DNA of 64,000 bases, from NCBI GenBank assembly GCA_964270895.1, contig OZ185435.1. One strand, given 5' to 3'. How positions within the stretch are numbered: position 1 is the first letter of the stretch; the number at the start of each line of letters is the position of its first letter. This DNA comes from Podarcis filfolensis. Taxonomy: Eukaryota. Shown here piece after piece: positions 25,354 to 39,042 of this stretch. The notes below the pieces were generated by a model that searched no databases, was not told the DNA's origin, and saw only the letters and a list, made by a program, of their open reading frames with translations. The position numbers and the translations under genes are program-made.

Positions 25354-26084
25354 AAATGTCTCAGCATTTAGGAATGAGGATTGAGGAACATCTACAGCAG
25401 AAGAGGGTAGAAAAAATGTATCGTCTCTAGTACTTTTGAAAGCTCGGTTAATTGCTCAAGAATAAAATTCCTTTGTAGAAAAGCTCCAGGAAGATACTCT
25501 TGAATTCTTTTGCAATGTCGTTTCTTGAGAATTAACTGAAAGGAGACCAATCAACAAATCTAAAAGTTGACATTGGCAAAAGTGAGTGAAGCAATGAATG
25601 TGAATTTTACCTTTTGTACAGCACACTGGTTTTTCCATATGCTCCTTTCTAACCTCCATCCACTCACATAAAAGCCATTATCAAAGTTAAAGGCAAGGCA
25701 GTGCTTACCCCCCAGGGGTGCTCAAGGGCATGCAGTACCAGTACCTTTTGTTTTCTAGAATGAAATAACTGGTTAAAAATGTGGCGCTTACTTTAAGAGC
25801 TTCATGGTGAGTACCAGCCCCATTTTTCTAGAAGAAAGGGCACATTCTAGTCAGCAGGAAAAGCATTCAGAAGGTGTGAGCTAGGCTGCTGAGGGGTGTG
25901 GCCTAGGAAGACTGGGGGTGGTTGGGGCAGAGTCCCAGGGATCAACTAGAGGGGTGTGGAGGGTTGCATTCTGCCTTGAGTCTGACATTCTTCAACCCTG
26001 ATCTAATAGAGCACAGCACAAGCATGCATATTATTTGCCATTCTTATCACCAGTTAGACTTTTAAAAATCTCTGTATACAATTA

Positions 26085-26328
26085 CAGTAGAACCTCTACC
26101 TGCAACCATAATCCGTTCCAGACATTCGTCTGGAGGTCGAAACGAGTTGCTGGGAGAGGCACCGTTGTGCGCGGGCAGCGATTGCCTGCATCTGCGCATG
26201 CACAAACGGCGATCGCTGCTCCTGTGCATGCGCGAACGGTGGCAAACCCGCTGGTTACTTCTGGGTTTGCTGCAGACATTGAGCGAAATGGACGCAAGCA
26301 GAGGCGGACGTAAGAAGAGGTTTGACTG
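26085..26328. mobile_element. Tigger/pogo-like MITE (244 bp)
   Basis: TA flanks; termini CAGTAGAACCTCT / AGAGGTTTGACTG; CpG-rich interior. Confidence 0.8.
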
Positions 26329-28796
26329 TAATCTCAAGACAATGTACAATGTAAAGATAACATACACTGAATAGAAAATCATATAAATCCAGTTCGGTTA
26401 TCACATCTACAGAGTCATATCAACAGTAAATTGTTCTCCTCCTAACAAGCAGGATGTGAATTGCCAAATAAATAAACATCTTTCTCCTGACCTTGTATTT
26501 AACTACAAGCATAAACTGTGTCCACATGTGCACAACACAGCCACAGCTGCTTCCTCATGCACTTCATATATGGGACAAATGTGAGACTTTGCCATTCACT
26601 TTAATGCCGGAGGTTTGTTCCATATGCACACCTCAATCCCTCATCCAAGTTAGAATGCCTTTGAGTCTGGGTCTGTTAAAATTACAAATGTAGATTACAA
26701 AACTGCTGCATTAGTGCATCAGACTGAATGGGAACCGTTTCATGTGGGAGATGTTTTTGAGGGCAGCCGCTTGCCACGTGGAGCCTCAGATATTTTCTGT
26801 GCTTTCACAAACCTGCTGGAGGGAAGTTTGCAGAGGTGTGGGGAAGATCAGAAATTTCAAGCAGTGATTATGGCTATGTACACATTTGCCCATTTGTGGT
26901 GAGAAAAGGTAGTGTTTTTTTATCAAGACACAATTGTGCATGCTTTTCCTCAGTGTGCTGCTTTTGATCAAGGTTTGGTTCCAGTTCCTGCTCTCCACAA
27001 GGATGGGTGTGGTTAGTTGATATGTTTGAAAACCCATCCCTTAATTAGATTAGCCAATTACACCTTTTCTTCCCTGCACCTGCCCCGGGTGAAGGAAGAG
27101 GGAAGTGGTAATCACAATCTTGGTATATGTCCATCTGCAATGTCATTGGTCAGATGTGGATATGCCACATTGCTGGAGCCGTCTTCATCAGTTTTCAAAT
27201 GGGCACACTGTTTGGTGGGTTAGGGGGTAATATAGAATCAATCTGTATTGAGCTTTTATTTTTGGAATGAAAAAGCAATTTCCAGGGGCACAGAGCATGC
27301 AGTTGGTGCAGTGTGTGGACTAGGTAGAAAAACAACAGCAACAAGATTCAGTAGGTATTGACTGTAGCATGTATGCAGCATTATAGGAGTAGACTATTTC
27401 AGAAGCAGGATAGCCCAAAACTCATGTGCTATTGTAGCTGAGATGACAGAAGATCAACCCCCCTCATCATTTTCCTCCTAATGCAAGGCAAATGAGCTAG
27501 CTGACCCTTGTCAGCCGTAGGAGGCATATCTGTTTTTCCTTCCATCCTTTCTTCTAGGTCAGCAGGCTGAAATGTGCCACTTCTACACATCTTTACTTAA
27601 TTGTTGAGGACTCTTATTGGCTGCAGGATTGACAGGATTGACAATATGCCTTTCCTGTGCCTTAATTGGACCTGTGTTACTGACCTTCTATAACTGCATG
27701 TGCATGCAGGTTAGATGTTCCTATATTGAGTTAAATCTGTCCTGGATTTTCCTTGGAGATGTAGGTGGTAGAATGAAAGCATATTTTCCACCATTCTGAG
27801 TTCAGAACAGGACATGTTATTCAGCTAGACCACTGACTGTTGTGTATATATGGCCACTGTGTATGGAGAAAGAAGTCCTGAGGAAATGGAAAGCATAATA
27901 AATTAGCATTCCTGATGTGACCTGAGTGGTGGGCAAGGTTCCCTCAGAAACTTGATTTCTAAAGAAAAGATTTGGAGAGAGTTTTGCCTAATTTTGCCAT
28001 CATCCACCTTGGCCTAGCTTAAAGTGTCAGTGGGTCTCTGCCAACTGAGCCTTTTCCTGTTGCTTCACCTCAACCTTGCATTTTCATTCAAGAAACTTTC
28101 CATTACATTGAGTACCTGAGACCTTTTGGGGGTGCCAAATCATTTTTCCATGGGACATGTGAAATGGCATGAATAATGGGTATTTGTCTTCCTATTCTGG
28201 AAAACACAACAATATCTTCTTTCTTGCTGCCCTGGGCTTCTTTGAGGGGAACAGCAGGTCAAAAAACTGAATAAATTAAAAAACAACAACAAAACTATTA
28301 CAGCATTGTTTGTTACTGGCAATTTCTTAACTAATTCTAAGCACCTAGTTCTAAGGAATGCCCTGCCATTAAAAGGAGACAGAGACCTCTATGGAGCAAG
28401 AAAAACAAACAGACCTTGATTTATTTTAAGTGTATAGTGTCTCTGGGAATGTCTAATCCTAAATCCTTTAATTAGGGTGGCATAATCTTTCCACAAAATA
28501 AATATAGCACTTTTGAAAATAAGGCATTGCAAGCAAATTTATGATTTGTCAAAATGAGAATATCTGCTTCTCCACCAATGCTAAACATTCAGAATGTCTG
28601 TCTGATTTTTTTCACTTTCCTGGCTCCATTCCTCTCCTTTGGCTTTTTGTAAAAATACAGGGAAGTGGTTGTTTACGGAGTCAGATGTGACTGTTCCTCC
28701 TTGATTTAAAAAAAGCACAACCCAACAACTTTGGAATACTAACTGACAAATCTGTTTTGTTCACTGCCCCTCCCCCAATATGTTGGCTTGCATATA

Positions 28797-29146
28797 AAGG
28801 TAAAGGGACCCCTGACCATTAGGTCCAGTCGTGGACAACTCTGGGGTTGCGGCGCTCATCTCGCTTTATTGGCCGAGGGAGCTGGTGTACAGCTTCCAGG
28901 TCATGTGGCCAGCATGACTAAGCCACTTCTGGCGAACCAGAGCAGCACACGGAAATGCCGTTTACCTTCCCGCCGGAGTGGTACCTATTTATCTACTTGC
29001 ACTTTGACGTGCTTTCGAACTGCTAGGTTGGCAGGAGCAGGGACCGAGCAACGGAAGCTCACTCCATCACGGGGATTCAAACCGCCGACCTTCTGATCGG
29101 CAAGTCCTAGGCTCTGTGGTTTAAGCCACAGCGCCACCCACGTCCC
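28797..29146 (-). mobile_element. Sauria SINE (Squam1-type), full length
   Basis: Minus strand starts GGGACG(T)GGGTGGCGCTGTGG (tRNA-related head) and ends in the ACCTTT tail; 11-bp TSD GCTTGCATATA at 28786-28796 and 29148-29158. Confidence 0.9.
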
Positions 29147-29757
29147 TGCTTGCATATAGATTACCCATTAATAACTGGAATATATGAGTAGTCATGACAC
29201 CACAATGAATGGATGCATGTACACTCAGAGCAAAGGAGTGAAGCCATTCCTGTCTGAGGGATCATTGCACTACTGCAGAACCTACACGCCCAGGCAGTTT
29301 GAGTTTGACTTTATCCCCAAAGGTACAGTCCTCCATTGTCTTCTGAGACAGATGGATGTCAACAGACTATGTATGAACCTGAAAGTCAGAAAGAAAAACC
29401 TGCCAGTAAATTTAGAAGCAGGGTGTCACATCCATTACTCACTGTGTCCCTGTTTATATGCAGTACTAAGCAAAGTAATTGCTTAGGGTGAAAGAGGAAA
29501 TGGACAGGTTTCTAGTGAAGAGTATATGTCTGTTTTGCTCCTCCCCAGTCATTCTGTGTTGTGCTAACCTAAGCCATGGTTTAGATTAGCATTATGTGCA
29601 AACCATGCCAGGTTTGCATGTGCTCTGCTCCTGTTTGAGTCTGTTTTATTTTTTTCCAAACTTGAGGAAACCAGTCCTTTGAAGCTTTAGTCTTCATTCC
29701 CAACTTTAACAAAGGGTTAAATATAGATAATTAAACAACTGGCTAACTTACTCTGTT

Positions 29758-31135
29758 TTGTTGTTGTTTAGTCGTTTAGTCGTTTAGTCTTGTCCGACTC
29801 TTCGTGACCCCATGGACCAGAGCACGCCAGGCACTCCTGTCTTCCACTGCCTCCCGCAGTTTGGTCAGACTCATGTTTGTATCTTCGAGAACACTGTCCA
29901 ACCATCTCGTCCTCTGTCGTCCCCTTCTCCTTGTGCCCTCCATCTTTCCCAACATCAGGGTCTTTTCCAGGGAGTCTTCTCTTCTCATGAGGTGGCCAAA
30001 GTATTGGAGCCTCAGCTTCAGGATCTGTCCTTCCAGTGAGCACTCAGGGCTGATTTCCTTAAGAATGGATACGTTTGATCTTCTGGCAGTCCATGGGACT
30101 CTCAAGAGTCTCCTCCAGCACCATAATTCAAAAGCATCAATTCTTCGGTGATCAGCCTTCTTGATGGTCCAGCTCTCACTTCCATACATCACTACTGGGT
30201 GATGGCTTTAACTATACAGACCTTTGTTGGCAAGGTGATGTCTCTGCTTTTTAAGATGCTGTCTAGGTTTGTCATTGCCTTTCTCCCAAGGAGCAGGCGT
30301 CTTTTAATTTCGTGACTGCTGTCACCATCTGCAGTGATCATGGAGCCCAAGAAAGTAAAATCTCTCACTGTCTCCATTTCTTCCCCTTCTATTTGCCAGG
30401 AGGTGATGGGACCAGTGGCCATGATCTTCGTTTTTTTGATGTTGAGCTTCAGACCATATTTTGCACTCTCCTCTTTCACCCTCATTAAAAGGTTCTTTAA
30501 TTCCTCCTCACTTTCTGCCATCAAGGTTGTGTCATCTGCATATCTGAGGTTGTTGATATTTCTTCCGGCGATCTTAATTCTGGCTTGGGATTCATCCAGC
30601 CCAGCCTTTTGTATGATGAATTCTGCATATAAGTTAAATAAGCAGGGAGACAATATACAGCCTTGCCGTACTCCTTTCCCAATTTTGAACCAATCAGTTG
30701 TTCCATATCCAGTTCTAACTGTAGCTTCTTGTCCCACATAGAGATTTCTCAGGAGACATGAGGTGATCAGGCACACCCATTTCTTTAAGAACTTGCCATA
30801 GTTTGCTGTGGTCGACACAGTCAAAGGCTTTTGCATAGTCAATGAAGCAGAAGTAGATGTCTTTCTGGAACTCTCTAGCTTTCTCCATAATCCAGCGCAT
30901 GTTTGCAATTTGGTCTCTAGTTTGTCTGCCCCTTCGAAATCCAGCTTGCACTTCTGGGAGTTCTCGGTCCACATACTGCTTAAGCCTGCCTTGTAGAATT
31001 TTAAGCATAACCTTGCTAGCGTGTGAAATGAGTGCAATTGTGCGGTAGTTGGAGCATTCTTTGGCACTGCCCTTCTTTGGGATTGGGATGTAGACTGATC
31101 TTCTCCAATCCTCTGGCCACTGCTGAGTTTTCCAA
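29758..31135 (-). mobile_element. 5'-truncated BovB (RTE) LINE, frameshifted RT region and (CAA)n tail
   Basis: ORF fragments GVRQGCILSPCLFNLY, NLRYADDTTLMAESEEELK, MYGSESWTIKKAD...LRLQYFGHLMRR are diagnostic BovB ORF sequence; 13-bp TSD AACTTACTC(T/A)GTT at 29745-29757 and 31136-31148. Confidence 0.93.
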
Positions 31136-32209
31136 AACTTACTCAGTTAGAAAGTAGATAAAAGGAAGTTTTTATTATCAGCTCATAACAGTAGATGATG
31201 GGGGTCACCAAGGTAAGCTGATTGTCAGATGATCAGGAAAGGCAAAAGGATAGGTAATGGATGAAGTTTCTGCCACATTCATGAGATAAAAACATTTGTT
31301 CTCCTTTAATTTTTGCTTTTATTTCCTCTCTTCACTACCCAGCTTGAGGTTGCTGCTTTTATGCAGCAGCTTATTCCATAAAGTACTACATATACACTGA
31401 AGATGTCATATGCAGAGTAAAAATTGTATTGTACTCCTAATTCCTGACATAGTGGAAGACTAGCTGGGTAGTCATAACAATGTGCTTTATTTTTAATTTT
31501 AGACAAACAGTTAATTTCCTGAGACTGTCTCTAGCCGCTCCAAAGAGATTGGCCTATTGTATTAGTTTTCTAATTGCAGAATTTGGTGGAGGCTGTTGAC
31601 TTTAGCAAGAGATGCGGTTATAGTATGGGACCTTCAAGGTATGCAAGGTGTGCTATTGATGTAAGGGATATTCTCTACTCCATATTTCTGGTGGTGGTGT
31701 GTTGATTAAATTGCAAGTAAGCTCACATCGAAGGCAGAGCGTGCCCTTTCATTCATTATTCCCAGGAACTTGATAAATGCACAGAATGGATTTCTCAGTT
31801 GCGGAGTTTTGGTTATTAGCATTGCATGCACATTCTAACCCAGTTTAACTGAATTTAACTATCATGGTACTACTTATGGGTTTGTTGGCAAGTTGAAAAA
31901 TAAAGCATGACTGAATTGAACTGTAATGCAGACCCTGCTTCTGAATAATCGTATGAAAGAATAGGCTAAGGGCAGATTTCCTGGCTGTGGTTTTTGAGTG
32001 ATAATTACTACACCATTTGGCAGCTTAGTTATATGAAATAGGTATTACTGCAAGTGTGTGCTTTGCCATTAATACAGAACTGGATGACTGAGAGCGTACT
32101 GGGTTGAAAGCATATTGCCGCCTGGTTGGGTGATTCCACTATAATAGCATTCTTAAAAATGGAAATCATCACATGTATGTTCAATCTGTTTCTCTTCTCT
32201 TTTTGGTAG

Positions 32210-32267
32210 AACCAGCTCCTTTCGAAGGGCTTGCTGTTCATGGAGGAGAAGGTTAAACTTTGCGAAG
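32210..32267 (+). CDS. PRR5L: PRR5L coding exon 4 (NQLLSKGLLFMEEKVKLCE); 58 nt, ends at a GC donor
   Basis: Acceptor ctcttctctttttggtAG; translation matches NQLLAKGLFFVEEKIKLCE of PRR5L; only the AAG|GCAAGT junction at 32267/32268 keeps frame with the phase-1 start of exon 5. Confidence 0.93.
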
Positions 32268-32273
32268 GCAAGT
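32268..32273 (+). promoter_or_regulatory. PRR5L: Non-canonical GC 5' splice site (AAG|GCAAGT) of PRR5L intron 4 (32268-36406)
   Basis: Required by the reading frame; every other position matches the U2 donor consensus (AG|GYAAGT), as expected for GC-AG introns. Confidence 0.88.
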
Positions 32274-35200
32274 ATAGAGGGGCTGCTGCACTTCAGGAAA
32301 GGGCTCTGGGTTCCCTAAAAGCCCTGTGAGTTATCTTTTCAGGCTTGGGTCACTTAGGTGGTTTTGTGGAAAAACCAACACCTGTGAGTCACATGACTAA
32401 GTATTATAAGGTCCTGTTCTGTACAAGCAAGAAACTGAGCCCTGATGATAGCACAGAGTAGAAATTTAATTGGAGCACAGAGGAAGTAACTTTCTCTTCC
32501 TAAAAGAAAAAAAGCTAATACAAATAATCACTTATAAAGTGGGAATTACTACATATAGCACTTGTTCATGGACCCACTTCTCTTTGTCCTTATTGTCTTG
32601 CTAACATCTAGCAATGTGGTATACATGGGGTTGCTTCTGAAAGGGGCTTAGGAACTTTAGCTGCTACAGAATTCAGCGGCCAGGACCTTTTCAACTGTGT
32701 GTGTTATTGTTTTTGTTCGTTACTATGTTGAGTAATTTTCTGTTTTTATATGGTAAACCACCCTGTGATCCATGGATGAAGGGCAGTACAGAAATTCTAT
32801 AAAATAGATAAGTAGTGGTAAGGTGAATCTTGTGACTTCTGGATTTCTAGCTGGCAGTACCGCGGCAAGATATTTCTCACATCTTAGCAGAACAATTAAC
32901 AGAATGATCCCTTGTGCTAGGCTGTCAGGGAGCGTTTGGGTTAAGTGGAGGCTTTCTGGCTGAGCTGACTTCCCTCTGCCACAGTAAAGCAAGCATTTCT
33001 CCATTGGCACCAGCCTCCTCCTTCCATTCACTGAATGTGCAGGCAGCTGAGCAAGCTGAGGAAAATATCCTTAAAAAGGGCATCCTGAGGGTGGGGATGG
33101 GCTGAGCCTGCCCAACATCTGCTCGCATGATGTTATTGGTGCCTGGTCATTGGGTCAGTGATCATTCCAGATCATTCTGCTCTCTCCCCCTTTGCGCTGT
33201 GATTTGCTGGACTGTGGAAGCGATGGTGGTCCTGTTGCTCTGTAAAGGGCTGCTAGCAGGAGGCTGTGGATTCTGGTTTTCTCTGTTCATATCCTATGAT
33301 TCAGATGGGCAGTGTGTGACTGTCAAAACCAGGAAGGCTTCCAGTGTTCATGGGATATGGCTTTTTCACAGACATGAAATAAACTCAGAATTTTTTACTA
33401 GCCCACAAAAATGTTTATTAGCTTGCCTGTACACATGTATGTCACTCACTGATGTCCCAAAAAGAGAAAAATAAGAAACTATTCCCTTCTAGTTTTGGTT
33501 ACCAGGAGGCAATTGTGACTTGTCATAGGTAAACAAGCGAGATTCAATTATGGGCCTGCTTTATCATGTATGGCTCTCTCGTCTAGTTTTTTATCACTTG
33601 GATCTGACTGTTCCCAAACCTGCAAAAGTAAAGGAAGAAAGGAGCTCCTCAAATAACCTTTTGTAGCTCTTATGCTGAGATTCCTTCTGTTGATTTTTAT
33701 TTTTTAGTGGACTGAACCTTCTCCTAGCAAGTAATCAGCAGGCAGATTGGGTGTGATACAGCAGCTCCAGAATTTGATATGCTGTTTGCTGCTAAAATTC
33801 AGCTTGTAAACTTAATTCCAGCTGGTCTAGTCCTGGAGAATGTTGGCTTCCTCCATGGGAAAAATTTCACAACCTGAAGTTTAATTTTGAAAGTAGTAAA
33901 ACTTTATGTTGAAAAACAGTGGGCCATAGGTTGCTCAGGCTGCAATTCTAAGCGCACTTATTGGGAAGCGAGCCTGAGCTATATTAGGTGGGAATTTGGC
34001 TGTAACATTGCAGTATTCAGATCTACAGTACTCAATTTGAGGTCTGCAGTATAAGTCACACAGTCCCTTTGGAAACCATGTCCATATGTGGGTTAAGCCA
34101 GGACATGCATCTATCTGCTTGTTCTGCCCTCTGGCCTCTGAGAACATCCAGCAGCTTAAAACTAATAGTTCCAGATTGGAAAGAAAAGCTCATTTTGGCA
34201 GCTTCTGGGTGGTGAGTTTCTGAATCACTCACATTTATGTGGAATGCAAATAGTGCCAGTTTGTGGCTGCTGAAACTTATTTTTTGGCAGGGGGAAATGA
34301 GCGATGCTTATTTTCCATGGTTATACCAAAGATCATGTAGGTGCTCCTTTGCTTTGGCTTGGGCATGTGAACTGAAAAATGTTTGAAAACCTGGTGACCA
34401 CAGGAGTTATGACATCGGTGGTGAAGATGAGGGCTACTTGGTTAATCAGATGGTGGGGCATTTGATCTTGCTTGCTCTGTGTGACATGAAGATGCCTTCT
34501 CTGCCCCTTTGAAATACACCATGCTGATAGGATAACAATAGTGGGAAGGACACATTTCTGCAGGGGAATCTCCATACATATGCATCTGTGCTGTGCGCCA
34601 ACTTGGGTTGTGCCTGAAAGTATTTTTGTGAAAGCTGCTGCGCCAACATCAGAAACTAGTTGGAGATGCACATTCATGTTTACATCCCATGGAAAACAAA
34701 ATCAGGTCCAGATGGGTACCAGTATCAACATTCAGTATCAACGTTCAATGCAAATTTGGATTTACACGAATGATTTTGACCCTGAGTAGATACAACCCAC
34801 TATAATGGTGATATAGCTTACTATATTCCATGGGTACTGAGTGGTTCTGCAGTTACAGAACATAGGACTTGGTATGATTTAGGGGAGCACCCGAATATTC
34901 ATGCCCTGAAATCAACAAGGAGGTCAGTTCCTCAAATTAAACATTTGCCCCCTCTTTCCCATAAAGTGTTCATGGTTTTAGTTGAAGGCTACCTAGATTT
35001 TGCATGACTTTGAGCATTAGGGTCCCGCTTCTAAAGAAATTTGCAAGGTTTTTCTTTCTTTCTTTGCTTTCTACAAAAAGGATAAACCTTGCTTTAAAAG
35101 CTTCATATCACCTTTGCCAAAGGCAGTGTGGTACACTGGTTATTTTTGGACCGAGGCTAGCATTTTTCCCCTTTTTGCGTGTGAAGACCCCCAGAACCAC

Positions 35201-36066
35201 CCCCAAAATAAAGACACAAGAGACACAAAATTTAGTTTAAGGTTTTTGGCATTAATTTTGGCCATAACTTTATTGATTACAGCATGTGAGTGGTTGCTTA
35301 GGCATTGGTTCCAGACTACCTGAACCTGCATGGTGGCAGGAACAGGACTGACACTGGGCACCACCATATGTCAGTAAGGGAAAGCATCCTGGGGGAGCGA
35401 AAAGCTGGCTTTGATCTCACAGCTCACCCCAGATGCTCCCAGGGGCTCTGGCGTGGCCCTGGCCCCTTGACAGGGTTCGGACAAAAGCAAGGTGAACCCC
35501 TGGATTCCTGCAACAGAATTCTCTAGCAGCAGCAATGGATGGGCAGGCACAGCCAACCACTTCCCCTCCACAAAACATTGAACCAATGCCTAACCACCAA
35601 CCTTACAAAGTTGTGACGATTTGCTACACAGTAGGCAAAAAGCAAATGGCAACAGCCAATCAGCCTGTGGCAAAATTCCTACTGGGCCCCTGCTTCAAAA
35701 CAGACGAGCCCTAGACAGGCATAGCAAGCCCAAAGAACAGCCCTAAATATAGAGAGGGTGGGAGGGTGATCTGATGCACATTGTAGGAAAGAGAAAGCTC
35801 CCAGCAACGTGCAGCAGCTTAAATAGCCCCCCAGTAGCCAATAGATGGCACAACAAACCAAATTTCTACCCCAGCAACCAAGGGGCAATCAATGGGGTGT
35901 TGTGGCTATCCAAACGGTCCCGCCCCACAACAGGGAGGCAGTTTAGGTGATCTCACCACAACACGTGCCCTCCATGATGGAGGACACGATATCTTGGAAG
36001 AGGTGGAAACATAAACTGAGCTACAGTTGCCAAGACTTGTCTGCCTTTACAGAGAATTAGGCAATA

Positions 36067-36308
36067 CAGTGGTACCTCGGGTTACATACGCTTCAGATTA
36101 AATACGCTTCAGGTTACAGACTCCGCTAACCCAGAAATAGTACCTTGGGTTAATAACTTTACCTCAGAATGAGAACAGAAATTGTGTGGTGGTGGCATGG
36201 CAGCAGCAGGAGGCCCCATTAGCTAAAGTGGTGCTTCAGGTTAAGAACAGTTTCAGGTTAAGAACGGACCTCCGGAAGGAATTAAGTACGTAACCAGAGG
36301 TACCCCTG
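36067..36308. mobile_element. Tigger-like MITE (242 bp)
   Basis: TA flanks; termini CAGTGGTACCTCGGGTTA / TAACCAGAGGTACCCCTG. Confidence 0.87.
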
Positions 36309-36406
36309 TAGTTGGATGGCTTACTTTGGGTAGAGTATAGCTGAATATCAGAGACCAAGTTCTAAAACAAGGTTCTTTTTCTCCACCCCACCCTCTGTTT
36401 GCTTAG

Positions 36407-36498
36407 AAGAGAATCGCATTGACATACTATCTGAACTCTGGGATCACTTCTTCACAGAGACTCTTCCCACACTCCAGGCTATATTTTACCCTGTTCAG
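36407..36498 (+). CDS. PRR5L: PRR5L coding exon 5 (EENRIDILSELWDHFFTETLPTLQAIFYPVQ); 92 nt
   Basis: Acceptor ctctgtttgcttAG, donor CAG|GTAAGT at 36499; WDHFFTETLPTLQAIFYPVQ is the HbrB-domain core of PRR5L. Confidence 0.97.
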
Positions 36499-38609
36499 GT
36501 AAGTCTAGTTAAAATATAAGCTTGGCAGGGAGGAGAATACAGTTCAGACTTACCACAAACTACCTCTCTGAAAGCTGTTGAGACACCCAACACTTAAATT
36601 GTAAAGAAATAGATTTCAGGTATAAACCACAGATTTCTTCAGATGTACTGCCGAACTTAAAAGATATATAGAGGAGGTCTTAGTATTCTAATAGGATACA
36701 AATTCTGTGTGACTTCAAATGTACCTTAAAACAGACTTCCTCAACCCATGTTTTGAACTGGTTTCCACCAGTTCTAGTCAGTTCAGCTGTGCGTTGCTGA
36801 GTATTTTGACCACACTTACATGGGCATACTTGCTAAAACATAGGCAGAAGAAACTTCCAAAAAACAAAGGAGGGCAGATAAGTTGTGAAGATCCTTTGAC
36901 ATCTTTATATACCTTGATATGCTAATGGAGTGGAGCTGTCATGTGGAGCAAATGGTCCACTGACATCTAAACACCCAAGAGGTCAAAAAGAATGAACCTC
37001 TCTGGAGCTTCCTTAAAGGACAAGATTTCTGCACTTCGTAAATTTCCTTTCTGGCTTCCCTTTCAATCCCTTTATAGCAGATGTGAAGAAAGTAGATTTG
37101 AATCTACTGGTAGATCTCTCGGTGAGTTTCATTCTATTCACAAGTGTTTCTGACTCCCAATTGGTTAACAGATAGAAAGGCCTCTCACCTTCCCCCATAA
37201 AAAACCAGATTGCTGAAAAGGAAAAGAGGGTGTGTGTGTATAACCAGGAATGGATTTTTGTGGGAAAGTTCTGGTACTGAAAACAAATTCTGAGGGTGAG
37301 CATGTACTTAGACATGCTCTCTTCTTGAATTTTGAGGGTACCCTGGTCACACATTTCCACCTGGCTCCTGTTGGTGGATCAAGTGGCTCCATTACAAAAA
37401 CAAAGTAGATCCCCACCCCCCACAATTTATAGTATACATTGTATATCATTTCCTGTCATTGTAGTTCCTATCAAGACATTGCAAATTGCACACACAAAAT
37501 AAGAAGGGTAGCTGTGGAGAGAAGGGAGTGCCCATTTCCAAGGCTGGCTCTTCATTTTCAAACCATGGGTTGATTTGCCAAAAGGCATATCCAGACAGTT
37601 AAAAGGGTGTGCATTTTGCAACAGTTAGCAGTTCAATTTTTCTGCTGTTTATGGGCTGGATTCTCCTCTCCCTTGAGCAGGGAAACAACATAATTTTTGT
37701 TGGCCTCTTACTCAGTTGGCTTCAGCAAAGGACCAACCATTCTATGTATTCTTTGCTTGACAGACCCTAACAATCCTAACTACTGAGTAACTTTTAAATA
37801 GGTATTTTAAAATAGCTACTTTGAGATAAGAGGGCAGAGAATACTCAGTCATTCCCTGCTATATTCATTATTCTTGAACTTGAGGGACCTAAAAGATAAT
37901 ATCCACACACCCACACCCTATGGTACCCCCAAGGAGTTGAGTCACCTAAATGAGAGACAGCTACCTTGTGAACCAAAGAAGAAATCTTGTCTGGGCATGA
38001 GAAGCTTCTGGCAGCATAAATTTCCCACAGAATGAAATTCTTATGAAGGTCATATGCTTCTATGTCTGCCCTTGGCAATCTGGTATTGGCTGGCTTATTC
38101 CCACCCCCCACCCCATTCCGGCTCCAAAATATCTACTAGAGGCATGATACAAGCCTCCTACTCAGCCCCCAACCTGGCAATTTCCAAAAGGTCTAGAAGA
38201 CTGGAAATACTTGCTTTTTGCTATGTATATACTAACTTTTCATGATGTCTGTATTAATTCTCTCTCTTCCTCCTTTCCCATTCCTCTTTATTTCCCATAC
38301 TTGCAGCAGATGATAGACGGTATGTGTGAGAATGCCTGTTTTAGAAGGCTATGGTCTCCCTCTTGCTACTTTTAAAGTGATTTATGTCCCAATCCTTAAA
38401 ATATTAAATGGAAATAAGACTTTTTTTTAAAAAAGTGAAATGTCTTTCCTTGTAGTGTATTCAGAACTGGAGTGTAAATCAGCTGAGAAGTCAATTTCAC
38501 CCAATGGTACACTGCTTTTAAGATAGACGTCACAATGTGGTTTTAAACAATAAGCATCAATTTTAAAATTCTATGACAGTTTTTTTCCCAAAGTTGGATC
38601 CCCAAATGT

Positions 38610-39042
38610 CATAGAATCATAGTATCAGAGAACTGTAGAGTTGGAAGGGACCCCAAGGGTCATTTACTCCAACCCCCTGTAATGCAGGAATCTCAACTAA
38701 AGCATCCATGACAGATGGCCATCCAACCTCTGCTTAAAAACCTCCAAGGAGGGGGAGTCCATCACCTTCCAAGGGAGTCTGTTCCACTGTTGAACAGCTC
38801 TTATTGTCAGAAAGTTCTTCCTGATGTTTAGTTGGAATCCCCTTTCTTGTAATGTGAAGCCATTGGTTCAAGTCTTACTCTCCAGAGCAGGAGGACGCAA
38901 GCTTGCTCCCTCTTCCATGCGATGGCCCTTTAGATATTTGAAGGTGGCTATCACATCTCCTCTCCGTCTTCTCTTTACCAGGCTAAACATATCCAACTCC
39001 CTCAACCATTCCTCATAAGGCTTGGTTTCCAGACCCTTGATC
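38610..39042 (-). mobile_element. CR1 LINE 3' fragment
   Basis: catagaatcatag tail (reverse of the (ATTCTATG)n CR1 terminus) and agagttggaagggacc...ctgttccactgttgaacagctctt...agaaagttcttcctgatgttta blocks typical of CR1 3' ends. Confidence 0.88.

Noticed and set aside
29776-31067. 138-, 291- and 97-aa minus-strand ORFs as a functional reverse transcriptase gene
   Set aside because: They are consecutive frameshifted pieces of one truncated BovB ORF that lacks the endonuclease and the 5' end.
32272-32277. Canonical GT donor (GTATAG) for PRR5L exon 4
   Set aside because: It gives a 62-nt exon that breaks the frame with exon 5 and is a poorer consensus match than GCAAGT at 32268.
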